A stretch of 38,252 nucleotides of DNA from Octopus bimaculoides (GCF_001194135.2 NC_068997.1:40552791-40591042), one strand, 5' to 3'. Positions 1 to 12,100 are shown, counted from the stretch's first letter. The notes: generated by a model not told the origin, from the letters alone. Numbers and translations: made by a program.

Positions 1-150
1 AGCTCACCCCCTCCGTCAATTCGATGTTGCCTGTACAGCTGCACCGTGTGTCCCATGTCATATGATGAAATGATCGCAGAGCAACGTGAAATGAAATGCT
101 TTCCTCAAGAACACAACGCAACGCCCGGTCTGGGAATCGAAACCACGATT
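1..150 (-). mobile_element. Partial tRNA-derived SINE (B-box end of head plus body; runs off window start)
   Basis: 121-149 (acgcccggtctgggaatcgaaaccacgat) is identical to 32258-32286 in a full SINE head; minus strand reads GGTTTCGATTCCC (B-box-like). Body differs from the 20700 family. Confidence 0.7.
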
Positions 151-180
151 TCATATACATACATGCATACGCATGTGAAT

Positions 181-181
181 G

Positions 182-236
<55 letters not shown>

Positions 237-260
237 ACACACACACACACACACACACAC
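181..260. repeat. (TA)n-(TG)n followed by (CA)n microsatellite
   Basis: Directly visible. Confidence 0.97.
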
Positions 261-519
261 ATGCGTCTATGTGCCGGGGAAAATGGGTTTGTGCGTGTGT
301 GTATACAGAAATATTAATATTTCTAAGTCTCTCTAAAGGAGACTACGGCAGCGGTACTAGATATTAATAGTTATCGCCAAGCCAACATGGCAGTCCAGGA
401 AAATAGGACGAATGCTGCCGTTGATTAGCTCCAAGAGGCCATCGCCTCTAGCTAGCTATGTGACACACGAACCTGTTTCCATTATAACCTTCGAACAGGG
501 GAGGTCAGCCGTTTCCCCT

Positions 520-1302
520 TGCTGTTGCACGTTGCTTCTTTTATCTCGTCGACTACACAGTGTAGTAGGGTCAGTTGGGCACCGTCTGTGAGAAAAACAG
601 CACCATGACACAATTCACTCTGCCAAAAATTTAGAAACGACATGTTGTACTGCTTGGCATTCCCGCAGGAAGCTCCAATACGAACATTTCAGAGTATTTG
701 TGTGTCAATTTCAGGATAGTGCAATTTGAGGACATGCACCGAGAGGGATAAATATCAAACATCCAGTCAACATCGGAGTGATCACTAGTGATAGCGGCGT
801 TACGCCTCCACTCATCTCCCCACACGGCCTCATACTCAACTCGGAGGCCTACATGAAGTAGGAGTCAGTACTGCCCTGAGTCAAGAGGATGGCTTCTAGA
901 AGACCCCTTGTCACACAAACAGGAGAACCCAGTCATGGCTGTCAGACAATTTCTACGACCACATCACCTCTAACATCTGACCACCTAACTCCCTAGTTTA
1001 CAGTCCCCTTCACTATTATGTGTGGTGTGCAGTTGAGCGAGAGACCAACAAAACTTCTTGGCATGGATTATGAAAGCGTTCACGAACTTAAACAAAGAGA
1101 CCGACCAAAAGATTTGCAAAAGATTCCGAAGTCGTCTGGAGGCTGTGGTTGACGCCAATATCGATATTATTGAATAAATTTACTCTTTAGTATTTCAATG
1201 GATTTTTATGTTATTTTTGTAAATATATCTCTCAAGATGAGATATCAGAGTTATTTTCAATTTTGTGTAATTTAGACGACAATATATTCACCGCACCGTG
1301 TA
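520..1302 (+). mobile_element. Internally deleted Tc1/mariner (maT/DD37D-like) transposon relic
   Basis: Pieces translate from ATG 605 as MTQFTLPKI*KRHVVLLGIPAGSSNTNISE, then IKHPVNI..GVITSD..PP...HGL.LNSEAY, then HTNRRTQSWLSDNFYDHITSNI*PPNS...YYVWCAVERETNK...FRSRLEAVVDAN..IE*. Right end ...gcaccgtg-TA resembles a TACAGGGTG-type TIR plus TA. No left TIR found. Confidence 0.8.
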
Positions 1303-1477
1303 TATACACTCGCCAATGCTGAAACACACACATAGCTGTGTATTAATGTTTATACGTCAGGCAAACCATATGGTACTGTTTAATAGTATACATACCAGTG
1401 TAAATAAGTTTATATGCTACCTTTAATATCAGTATTTATTGTGCCTATCGTGTGTATATTGTGTGTAATACATGTTT

Positions 1478-1662
1478 TATATTTTGTCTTGTACTTGCCT
1501 CAGTCATTAGATTGGGATCATGCTGCAGCAACACCTTGAAGAATTTTAGTCGAAAAATCGGCCCCACGACTTATTCAATCGGTTTCTTGCCAAACCGCTA
1601 AGTTACAGGAACGTAAACACTCTAAAACCAGTAGTCAAGCGGTGAGGAGACAAAAACAGACA

Positions 1663-1724
<62 letters not shown>

Positions 1725-2186
1725 NNNNNNNNNNNNNNNNNNNNNNNNNNNNNNNNNNNNNNNNNNNNNNNNNNNNNNNNNNNNNNNNNNNNNNNNNNNN
1801 NNNNNNNNNNNNNNNNNNNNNNNNNNNNNNNNNNNNNNNNNNNTATCGTGTGTATATTGTGTGTAATACATGTTTTATATTTTGTCTTGTACTTGCCTCA
1901 GTCATTAGATTGGGATCATGCTGCAGCAACACCTTGAAGAATTTTAGTCGAAAAATCGGCCCCACGACTTATTCAATCGGTTTCTTGCCAAACCGCTAAG
2001 CTACGGGGGAAAGCCAAAGCTCCAATACACGACAGGCTTCTTTCAGTTTCTGTCTACCAAATCCACTCACAAGGATTTGGTCGGCCCGAGGCTACAGTAG
2101 AAGACACTTACCTAAGATGCCACACAGTGGGACTGAACCCGGAACCGTGTGGTTAAGAAGCAAACCTCTTTCCACACAGTCCCACA
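1478..2186 (-). mobile_element. tRNA-derived SINE, CORE-like family with internal (TG)n; spans a gap and an assembly duplication
   Basis: Matches copies at 13443, 14576, 26265 and 26880. Minus strand has B-box-like GGTTCAGTCCC and a body ending GACGGAAACTGAAAGAAGCC before the microsatellite. Confidence 0.85.
1726..1843. other. Assembly gap (others at 10218-10334, 10985-10994, 27144-27352, 29704-30177)
   Basis: Runs of N. Confidence 0.99.
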
Positions 2187-2426
2187 TGATTGTTTTGTAT
2201 TGTCAGCATCAATACTCTACAACAGGCACTAGCATTACACCTTTACCTAAGAAAATACCCATCAATAAGGGTCACCACCCATTGCTGGATTCGATAGATC
2301 CCTATTCTTCAAGGAATTCACTAGTGATAATACGCGTATAGACACGTTTGTCTATGTTTTACAAAGGCAAACTGTTTGAATGATATTATGTGATATAGAT
2401 AATATAATTGAGGCTATAGCTAAAAT

Positions 2427-2453
2427 ATCATCATTATCATCACCATCGTCATT

Positions 2454-2503
<50 letters not shown>

Positions 2504-2551
2504 ATTCATCTTCATCATCATCATATTCATCGTCATCATCATCATCATCAT
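2427..2551. repeat. (TCA)n microsatellite
   Basis: Directly visible; explains the poly-Ser ORF. Confidence 0.97.
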
Positions 2552-3239
2552 TGTTTAAAGCAGCCTTGCCTTAGTAAAGCAGCAAGAACTACTTTTTGTA
2601 ATAAATTCCAACTGGGACATCTCATTTTCAAATTGACGTCATTTGAGATGAGAGAGAGAAAAAATGGTTCGAAAAACAGATCAAGAAAAAGAGATATAAA
2701 AAAAGAGCACGAAAAGAAATGGAGTTTGAAAAAATCAACTAAAGAAAAACACTATAAATGTAACCCATTATAGAAACTAGATTTCAAACTAATTGCTTGT
2801 TTACGATTTTTCGATCATTTTTACTAGTACCTTCACCGATTTAACATAAATACATTTAGAAATTTAATTTTTATTTAGAAAAAAAAAGCATCGACTGAAA
2901 ATAAATTAGCTAATAATAATGCTGCAGGGAAATACCATACGCTTTGAGAGCATGCGTCTTGAAATACATTTCTTTTTCAAAAAATATATCGAATAGAAAA
3001 AATATAATGAGAAAAATTTATAGAAAAACTCTGTATGAAATCTATAAACGAAGATATGGTAAGAGGGAGAGAAAAAAATGTTGACAATATATACATTTAT
3101 AGTCATTAAAATATTAAGTAAAGAAGAACTATACTGTTCTGAATTTCCGGCCTATTTCTGGAACACTTTCAGCAGAATTCCAATGTGTTTCTGGATAATT
3201 TAGCCCTGAACTAGACAAGACATTGGCATTGGTTAATAT

Positions 3240-3438
3240 TGATTTCAAATTTTGGTACAATGCCAGCAATATTAGGGGAGGAGTTAAGTCGATTATATCG
3301 ACTTCAGTATTCAATTCGTACTTATTTTATCGACCCTCAAAAGATGAAAGGCAAAATCGGCCTCGGCAGAACGTGAAGGCGGAGTAAATGCTGCTAAGCA
3401 TTTTGCTTTGCGTGCTAATGACTCTGCCAGCTCGCTGT
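3240..3438 (-). mobile_element. tRNA-derived SINE, Meta/MESC-like family (B-box deleted)
   Basis: Homologous to 37213-37420; carries the CCTTTCATC..GGGTCGATAAAATAAGTAC motif on the minus strand. Domain name is from memory. Confidence 0.8.
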
Positions 3439-3673
3439 CCTGGCATTGGTTGATAAAGAATCATTAGTGATAGGATTCCAGTCTTCAGTTCAGGATATGT
3501 CTCTATTATTTGGAAAAACATGAGTGTCTCAAACATTCCTTTTCACTCTTGTTTGCTGTGTGAATAAGTAAGAAAACAGGTGTAAGTACCAAATGAAAAT
3601 CTCTTGTCATATTTGACACCGACGTCAAGCATCTTTATAAATGGAGGTTTCCATGTTAACATTGTTGTTTCTA

Positions 3674-3890
3674 TTTAGCATATGAATTGATGTCATCGTC
3701 CCCCCGACAAAGGCTGTTCTCGTTACTTAGCGTCTGGAGTGTTGTTATCGTTCTTTGACAAATGTTGTTTAACATCTAGATTAGCATCAGTCACTCATAG
3801 CTCCCTATCAGACGTCGTTGTTACTATCACTGCTTAGCATCTGGAGTGTTGTTAGTCTCTCATCGCTCCATCTCAGATGTTGCTGATAAT
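3674..3890. repeat. Cryptic degenerate ~53-bp tandem repeat
   Basis: TTAGC(A/G)T anchors at 3674, 3726, 3780 and 3833 (spacings 52/54/53). 3726-3747 and 3833-3854 match at 21 of 22 positions. Confidence 0.65.
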
Positions 3891-4254
3891 GTGGTTGCTG
3901 AATAGCCTCAGGCACTTCTTCACGACGAGGCCAATGACCAAAGGCATTCTGAACGTCTTCCTCACCATTTTTTGTGTTTTTATGCGCTATAAAGATAAAT
4001 GTATCCTTCCATTTTTATGACGGTAGGATATAATTTGGAGATTTTGCTACTGTTTCTAACTGGTAACCGAGCGACCACTTGGGAGCTTGTTCATTGGCAC
4101 ACGTGACCACCTTGCACTACAGAGCAGATCAGGAGCAGGTAGGAGCGAGCATGATCTGTAAGGGTTAATCAATGACTATGTTTTATTCTCTGAAAACTTT
4201 TTAAAATTCCTTGCCTTTACAAGTGCCACCGACGGAACATTACTGGCAGGAAAT

Positions 4255-4326
4255 AAGCTGTATAGGCACGACAGTGTGATTATCCGAAGCTCTATGGGCA
4301 CGGCAATGTGATTATCTGAAGCTGTG
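4255..4326. repeat. 32-bp tandem duplication (2 units plus partial)
   Basis: aagctgtataggcacgacagtgtgattatccg / aagctctatgggcacggcaatgtgattatctg / aagctgtg. Confidence 0.8.
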
Positions 4327-4400
4327 CTATATACACGGAGAACAACAAGACCATTCTCCAATGCACTCCTTCAGTGACAGAATACTGTTGACTCTATTAT

Positions 4401-4630
4401 CAACCGACTGTTATCGCGTGTAGAACGGATCCAGCTGTCGTACAAGTCTATTGTAATGGTCGCCCCTCACCCTTCCTTTTGGCAAGGAAAGGCCAGCAGT
4501 TTTCCTCTGCTAAGGGAAAGAGGTAGTATGGTAGACACGTCAGAAACGGTTGAGGACAGGACTTTTCCTCTCCGACCAAAACTTCCATCAAATTCTCTAA
4601 GTACCACTTGAAGAGGAATGTGAAGGTGGG
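4401..4630 (+). mobile_element. Short L1/Tx1-clade ORF2 C-terminal fragment
   Basis: Translates LLSRVERIQLSYKSIVMVAPHPSF and FSKYHLKRNVKV, matching LLPRVGRSQLSATSTVKIAPPPSF and FFKFHLKRNVKV of the Tx1 relic at 34200-34562. Confidence 0.8.
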
Positions 4631-4852
4631 GTGAAACTCTGCTTTCTAGGAAATTTTCTGAATAGCCGTTGAAAATGGTGAGTTTGGTGTCAATGTATTG
4701 TTATACTGCCTGCAATATAGGAACCCTTTCTAAGATTTCTTATCGAGCTGTATTTTTTTATTTTCTAATTCTTAATTATTTAGTTTTTTTGTAATTTTCT
4801 CATCACTTGCCTTTCTTGCAAATAAAGAAATCCCCATTGAAACAACACATCG

Positions 4853-4885
4853 CCCTCATCCTCACCATTATCATCATCGTCGTCG

Positions 4886-4954
<69 letters not shown>

Positions 4955-5050
4955 CAGTCGCTGTCGTCTTAGTCGTTGTTGTTGATGATGTTGATGTTGA
5001 TTATTGCTGATAAGGTTGTTGTTGTTGCTGCTGCTGCTGATGTTGCTGTT
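4853..5050. repeat. (ATC)n/(GTT)n/(GCT)n compound microsatellite at the 3' end of the RTE relic
   Basis: Directly visible. Confidence 0.95.
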
Positions 5051-5069
5051 GTGTTGGTGATTTGCTACT

Positions 5070-6180
5070 TGTGATTCATCAGACCTTTTAATATCCCGCG
5101 TCCCATACGTGACCATCATGTCTCTTTTTCAACGTATCTAAGCATTACTGAAGCTTACACAAGCAATTACAACCTACAACACTTGGGCCACCTGCGGCTC
5201 TCTGTGATTATTTGTCTAGCACATGAATGTCATCCACCTACCTCCTCTGTCCGCTATTCTTGGAAGGGTCCTCAGTCATCTCCTCCATTGGCCTCTATCA
5301 GAAGGAATGGTCATTGCACTTTCTCCCTGGACTCATAAGCGTGACCAACTGTGACTATGAATAATACCCACCCATCTCGTTCTTGGTCCAATCCTAAGAC
5401 TCCTGTCAGTTGACTCAGCTTAGAAAAACTGTTTTGCGGGCCACGCACCCTCTCAAGTTAATCCAGAGATCCTTCAAAGAAATTCTATTTCGGTCACATA
5501 TATTCGTTATAGAACTCTTCTGGTCATTACCAAACATTCATGATTATAGGTGAGGATAAGCACGAAAACCGAACTGAAGATAATGAGTTGAACTTTTTTT
5601 TTTACCTACATCTCCTCTTCAGAGGACTGAAAGCTGAAGTTGGTTCAGTACTGTGCCAGTACATGCAATTCTAGCATCCTCCTCTGTTTGCCATCACTCG
5701 TGAATACGGCCCGGACATACTTTACACTTTTTAACTTATCTCGGTGAGGTTTCACTAACATGTTATGCAAAGTGAACTGGGAAGTCTTTTTTGAGAAGAT
5801 AAATATCTGTCTCTGCAACAGTGAACCCATTAGTGCATGCTGGAGACAACCCTCTGATGAGCCGATGTCGTCTGCAAATATCAACCAACCAATTCTTCAC
5901 CCACCGATTGTAATATTATTTCTACAACGGCTACGCATGTCGACCCAGTTCATAAAAATTATGGAAAAGAGGGGTAACAATATACACTTCTACCGCAGTC
6001 CAACACCCAGGTTGAAAGGTTTCGACTTAGTAGCATTTACCCGAACACAAACATCTGAGTATTCATCTAGGGACTTCACGACAACCAGAAATTGCCGATT
6101 AATTCCAATCTCTCACAAAATGCTCCATTGCATATTGCGCGGCACGTGGTCATATAGCTTTGAGTATGCGATGACTATAT
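5070..6180 (-). mobile_element. 5'-truncated, degraded RTE-clade LINE (RT C-terminal half)
   Basis: Minus strand gives KPFNLGVGLR*KCILLPLFSIIFMNW (RQGC.LSP motif), WLIFADD, KYVRAVFTSDGKQ and ILTYNHECLVMT..; many stops. Confidence 0.8.
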
Positions 6181-6207
6181 AAATAAAGTAATCTGTTACT
6201 AACATAA

Positions 6208-8848
6208 CACTGGGTTACACATTTTCACAATAGTTTTAGCTGTCTAATTGTTTTGGGGGATTTTAATGCAGATTTTGTGCTGATTCCAAAAATGCGTTTA
6301 TTTTTTCTCTACCATCGACTGTTTGCGAGATATACCGAATTATACTAATATGAATGCGTCATCATACATCACATATCACCGTATACACCTATCATAGATC
6401 TGCTAGCAGCCTGTGTGACTCTTTCTATAAAATATATTTTCTACTCTACTAATAAATCATTCATTCCTAAAGTTTATATTTTACCTCCATTATTCATATA
6501 AAAGTATTGAAAAGTTTAAGTGAAAAAGTAATGTCGTCACCGGCTTCTGCTACAGACTCAATAGACACAACAGAGATGTCTCAGTGCTCTCGTGGCTACC
6601 ATGGAAGTGTTGCGCTTTTGTCTCTCGTCCCTCCATCTTTTGTCTGGCGTTCCATTTGTGGCTGTACTTGTTTGATTCCAAGCACTGTACATTTGTCACT
6701 TACATTTCTTTCTTTTTCAAGTTTTTGTTGCAAACATTGAATTTTCCTGACCATGGCTACAAGAGAATGCAGAAGTTCACCAAATATATTCTGTTATGTG
6801 TGTGGATAATATGTTGGAAGAAAGTATGTAGCATATAAAATTGTGAAAGGGGCTAAGTACTGGATTGCTTATAGACTGTATTTTGGAATGAGTGTGGGTG
6901 ATCAAGGAAACCCATGGGCCCCTCATGTGATATGTGGAACTTGTAGATCAAATGTAGATGGATGGCTTAGAGGTGCAAGAAAAGCAATGTCTTTTGCTGT
7001 TCCGAGAGTTTGGCGAGAGCCAAAAAGTCATCACGATGATTGATATATTTTGCATGGTTGATATATCAAAGTACAGAATAGTTAAGGGAAGAAAAGCCTT
7101 TTCGTATCCCAGCATTCAATCCTCCATTGCATCTCTACCATATGATGATAACTTACTGGTTCCACGGCTGCCAGAAAATGTTAGTACATCCTATCAAAGT
7201 GCTAATAACAAATATAAATTTCATTCATGGTAACAGAATCAATATTGAAATATGTGATTACACAAAATTTTTATTACGGCTTCACTGTGCAACCTTTTAA
7301 ATTTTTCAGGTAGATGATATGATGGAGGTCTCAGCTGGAGAGTTTGGAGGTGGCGACAACGAAGGAATGGATGAAACATTTCAGCGAAGAACGAGTGCCT
7401 ACCCACACTTTCCAGATCAACGTGAACTGGATGGTTTCATTAGGGACTTGGGTCTCACTAAGTCAGGAGCAGAGCTTTTGGCATCCAGGCTGAATGGATG
7501 AAATCTCTTGGGAATGGATTCCATATTAACAGTATACAGAAGGCGCCATGAGGAATTGAAAGTATACTTTGACATAAGTGAGAATCTCTACTCCTGCAAA
7601 GATAAAACTTGCTTGTTTACAGCTATTGGAACTGATCACAACCCTGAAGAATGGCGACTTTTCATAGACAGCTCAACAAAAAGCCTCAAAGTCGCTTTAT
7701 TGCACAATGGAAATCGGCATCCATTCCTGCCTATTGTATACTCGGTACAGATGAAGGAACAATATGCTAATGTAAAAGAGCTTCTTGAGAAAGTAAACTA
7801 TGAAAAGTTTAAATGGGATGTTTGTGGTGACTTTAAAATGCTTGCCTTCTTACTTGAATTACAGGGTAGGTGCACAAAGTATTCATGTTTTGTTTTACCT
7901 ATAGGACGGTAGGGCTGATCATGAACATTACCAGAAGGCTGAGTGGCCCCTACGAGATTACCTCCCGCCACGAAAATTAAATGTTATAAGACAACCTCTT
8001 GTAGAGCGTGCAAAATTGCTGTTACCTCCACTTCACATAAAGCTGAGTTTGGTCAATCAGTTTGTAAAGGCTTTTGATCGTGGTGGAGAAGCATTTCAAG
8101 AGATTCGCCTACTCTTTCCAAAGCTATCTGAGGCAAAAGTAAAGGGTTATATATTTAATGGACCACAAGTAAGGAAAATGCTGAGGTCAGTAAAACTTGA
8201 AAATGTGATGAGTGATCTAGACAGAGAGACATGGTGTGTATTTCGAGATATTGTCAATGGATTCCTTCCTAATAACAAAGACCCAAACCACAAGCAGCTC
8301 GTAGCAAAACTTATTGAGAGTTATAAGAATTTAGGCTGTAGACTGTCATTAAAGGTATATTTTTTGCATTCGCATTTCGACTATTTTTTCGTGAAAACTT
8401 AGGTCAAGTGAATGAGGAACGTGGTGAGAGATTCGATCAGGATATTGCTACAATGGAGAAAGGATACCAACGAAGATGGGACACTGCAATGATAAGGCAC
8501 TATATATGGTCATTGATGCGTACAGAAATTGGAGCTCACAGTAGGAGAGCACGATCTCCGGTGCATTTCTAGTAAAATCTTATAATCTCATCATAGGTTC
8601 GCTTCCATTTCTCTTTAGTCTAAAAATAAGTATTAGGACAAAATATTTTTAGTTCCTCTTAATGTATAATGTGGATAAGTTGAATAAAGTGCTACTGCCC
8701 ATTTTGTTCTCGTTCTCTAGAAAGCCGCAATTATCCCCTAAAATATCAATGCTATACCATTTCCAAGGGTAGTCTTGAAATCAGGAGAAAAAAATTACCT
8801 CAGAAACACTAAAAACATTTAGAGAAGCAATACTTGTGTTACCCGGTG
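6208..8848 (+). mobile_element. Full-length Chapaev3-type (CMC superfamily) DNA transposon, non-functional
   Basis: TIRs cactgggttacaca (6208-6221) and tgtgttacccggtg (8835-8848) match at 12 of 14 positions. TSD TAA at 6205-6207 and 8849-8851. CAC...GTG termini with a 3-bp TWA TSD are characteristic of Chapaev3. Internal transposase present. Confidence 0.85.
6753..8572 (+). pseudogene. Chapaev3-type DDE transposase pseudogene, 2 exons (6753-7179, 7310-8572)
   Basis: MATRECRSSPNIFCYVCG*...WAPHVICGTC...WREPKSHHDD*..FC (Cys/His zinc finger), then WRLFIDSS, CGDFK, PPLHIKL, EERGERFDQD..HF*. Phase-0 GT(tagt)...tttttcAG intron at 7180-7309 joins LPEN|VDDM in frame. At least 3 premature stops and about 3 frameshifts. 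Confidence 0.85.
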
Positions 8849-9104
8849 TAATCTTTAGTTCTGTGTATATGATTTACACATTGGTATATAGTACACTACA
8901 TGATATTATTAAAGTATTGTGATAGTAACGTGGCTTCATTTACAATAAGAACAATATCTTATCAAGACTGCTGCTTGGAAAAAAAAGCGTTCATCATATG
9001 TGATCCGGCTTACTTCTTTTTTATATTGTTATTTAAAAGAGCAGGGTATGAACTGCGAGAGTACTGACTGCTATTTCGAGCAAGTTGCCTCTTACAGGCA
9101 CATA

Positions 9105-9289
9105 CATATACACAACATACGTGTATATGCGCAAATATACATACATACATACATATATATATGTGTGTGTGTGTGTGTTACATATATGTGCGTTACATTA
9201 TATTTGTTTATGCACGAATGTATATTCATTATAAGTAAAAGCATGTATCTCTGTGTGTGTGTGTGTGTGTATGTATCTGTGTGTGTGTG

Positions 9290-9321
<32 letters not shown>

Positions 9322-9918
9322 TGTGTGTAAATGCATGCTTGAATATGTATATCTTTATCATAGCGATAGAAGATCTACTTCCTGTACAATCCTTAGAATG
9401 TCGCTGTAGCTGTTTCCTGGGATGGTCTGCACACCCAAACCTGTCTGCTTCTACTTTATACCATTTACTTAGTCTCTGTTTCTGTACCATACCACTAATG
9501 GCTGCTGAAATAACCAAGTAGACCTTCTGCATCACTGCTTCTTTCAATGGTCGTCATTTTATGTTTCGCTTTTCATAAGCACAACTATCATTCCATTTCT
9601 ATCGAACTACTTACCAGTCTAACCATCATCCATCCAGCTATTTATCTATCTATCAGTCTACCCCTATATCCATCTGTCTATCTATCTTCTGTCTGTCTAC
9701 CTATTCATCTATCTGATTGTCTGACCGTCATTCTCTCTCTCTATTTCTCTCTCTCTCGCTTTCTTTTCGTCTTTGTATGAACACGCGCGCACACACATGC
9801 ACATATTTACACATACATATTTACATGCCATATGTGTGTGTGTGTGTGTGTTTGCGTGTGTATACAGTGTATGTGAGTGTGTTTGTATGTATGCTTATAT
9901 ATCAAATATATTTGTATA

Positions 9919-9953
<35 letters not shown>

Positions 9954-10880
9954 TTGTATGTATATGTATATATTTAATATATAAGTGTATATACAAACAC
10001 TCTCATACATACACACATACATTTATACATTATATACATTCATTTCATACATACATATGCATGTATATAAGTCTACATACATGTGCGTGTGCTCGCGTGT
10101 GTGTATGTGTGTGTGTGTGTGTGTGGTGTATGTGTGTGTGCGTGTGTGCGTGTGCGTGTGTGTACGTGTGTAATGTATGTATGTATATGAATCTATTGAG
10201 GGTATATTAAAGAAATGNNNNNNNNNNNNNNNNNNNNNNNNNNNNNNNNNNNNNNNNNNNNNNNNNNNNNNNNNNNNNNNNNNNNNNNNNNNNNNNNNNN
10301 NNNNNNNNNNNNNNNNNNNNNNNNNNNNNNNNNNTACATACATGTGCGTGTGCTCGCGTGTGTGTATGTGTGTGTGTGTGTGTGTGTGGTGTATGTTTGT
10401 GTGCGTGTGTGCGTGTGCGTGTGTGTACGTGTGTAATGTATGTATGTATATGAATCTATTGAGGGTATATTAAAGAAATGGAGACCCATTGAAGAATACA
10501 TCTGATCTGAAAATGTCTGAGGAGAAATCCAACTTCAAAAGAATGTTCTGGATATAGATATGCGCCAAGATTGGAAAATGGGAGACAATATGGCCGACAC
10601 GAGTTAACTGAAATCTGTTGTGCTGAGTACGATTGAAGAAAATGGTGGCATAAACAGTAAAAAACAATATGTATTCATTTTGTGATTCCAATATATTTTA
10701 TAGAGCGGCGCTGGATGGCGGGATGACATGTTGGACATGCACGAAAAATATAGTAGACAACAGATTCGTTAGTGCAACTATGAGATTGTGTGTATGCGTG
10801 TGCTTGTGTGGGGGCGTATGTGTGTGTGTGTGCGTGTATGTGTGTCTGTATGTGTGTTTGTATGTGTTTGTGTGTGTTTG
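9105..10880. repeat. Large compound (CA)n/(TG)n/(TA)n/(CTAT)n microsatellite field with a gap
   Basis: Directly visible; source of many CV/HT ORFs. Confidence 0.95.
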
Positions 10881-10999
10881 TCCGGACATGTATGTCTGCC
10901 TTTGTATGTGATAGCATGAATGGTTGTCTGTATGGGAGGCACAAATGTTTGCATGTGTTGGCGCATGAACGGTAAAGCGGTAAANNNNNNNNNNAGAGA

Positions 11000-11659
11000 G
11001 GGTGTTAGGTGGAGGTTTGGGTGCGGGAGTTAAAATGGCGAGTCACAGGTTTAAGGAACCCGGAAGCTTAGTGACGCACATCAAGCAGGTGGTGTCTGAA
11101 GCGATCTGCTAAGTGTTAACCAGTGTTCATGTAAGTGGAAGACCATCATAGAGTTGACAATTAATGCAATATATAACATTGCTGGAGGAAGCGGCGAAGT
11201 GGTTGGGTACTTATAGAGTGGATCTTCAAGTTCACGTCAAGTTAAAATGTTGAAAGTGCAACACCTGGAAGTTGAACAAACAGACGTTCCAGGTTCGGGA
11301 TTGAAGGAATTTCTGACCTAGAGATCGCGTAGATTGCAGTCATATCTGAAAGAATAGAGGGATTACGGGAAAGATAGAGGGGTTACTGGGTGAGAGTGAA
11401 TTCTACTTGAGGACTTCATGCTGGAGAAACTATGTAGCGAGATGGAAAGTGATGAGGAAATGAATTGGGATGATTAAATGTGTGGGTAAGTACATGAGGT
11501 CGGTGATCGGCTGATGGCCTGGGATAGCAGGGATGCAGTCACGAAATCATAATCTCGGCTTCGGAGGTGGCAACGATGGATGGACGAATTACAAAGAAGT
11601 GAGTGATTGTGAGGTGAAAGGCGGAGAGAGAGCGAAGTAAGAGAGAGTGAGAGAGAGAG

Positions 11660-11702
<43 letters not shown>

Positions 11703-12100
11703 AGAGAGTATTGATGAGTTTTTAATAGATTGAAAGGGAGTGTTGGAGGTGATCAGTGATAACGGGGAAGCCTAAGGAGTTGATGTAGACGCCAGAGATA
11801 AAGGGAACGAGATAAAGGGACCGCTGCTCACAGGTGAATCTACCGCCGGCACAGTCAGTAATATAACGATAGTGGAGACTAGTAAATAGAGTAAATACCT
11901 GGGAGTTAGTTTAACGAACTTTAGGTTTTACATCACAGTCACTCTTGGTGCCATACTGGTGGCACTCATCACAGAGAAAAGCAACTGAGACAATGGCCGA
12001 ATTTAGGAGAGTCGAGACCTGTCAGGTTGCTGGATACGATTGTGGTGGTCCAGAAAGAATTTAGAAATTAGGAGACCGTCGTCGTAGCGATGGCGACAAA
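11000..12100 (-). mobile_element. Degraded Penelope-like element (RT remnant plus GIY-YIG endonuclease), split by a (GA)n tract at ~11625-11710
   Basis: Minus strand: HYRYITDCAG (11845-11874, RYIDD-like), PGTSVCSTSRCCTF (Cys linker), SSSNVIYCINCQL, TG*HLADRFRHHLLDVRH and KPVTRHFNS, in the RT-linker-GIY-YIG order expected of Penelope/Neptune elements. Confidence 0.72.

Noticed and set aside
1446-2000. Exact 157-bp direct duplication (1446-1602 and 1844-2000) around an N-gap
   Set aside because: A read-length identical repeat flanking a gap is typical of scaffolding or haplotype overlap artefacts, not biology.
4158-4168. piggyBac-like end AAGGG-TTAA, and the short palindrome taacccttaagggtca near 27552
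   Set aside because: No matching opposite end or transposase; too short to exceed chance.
5760-6182. 140-aa + strand ORF
   Set aside because: Antisense to the RTE RT relic.
9350-9547. Unique-looking start of the minus ORF (MKEAVMQKVYLV...)
   Set aside because: No recognisable domain or convincing splice sites, and it runs into a microsatellite.
10074-10480. ~145-bp duplication (10074-10217 and 10335-10480) around an N-gap
   Set aside because: Same artefact pattern; differences are confined to microsatellite units and are probably allelic.
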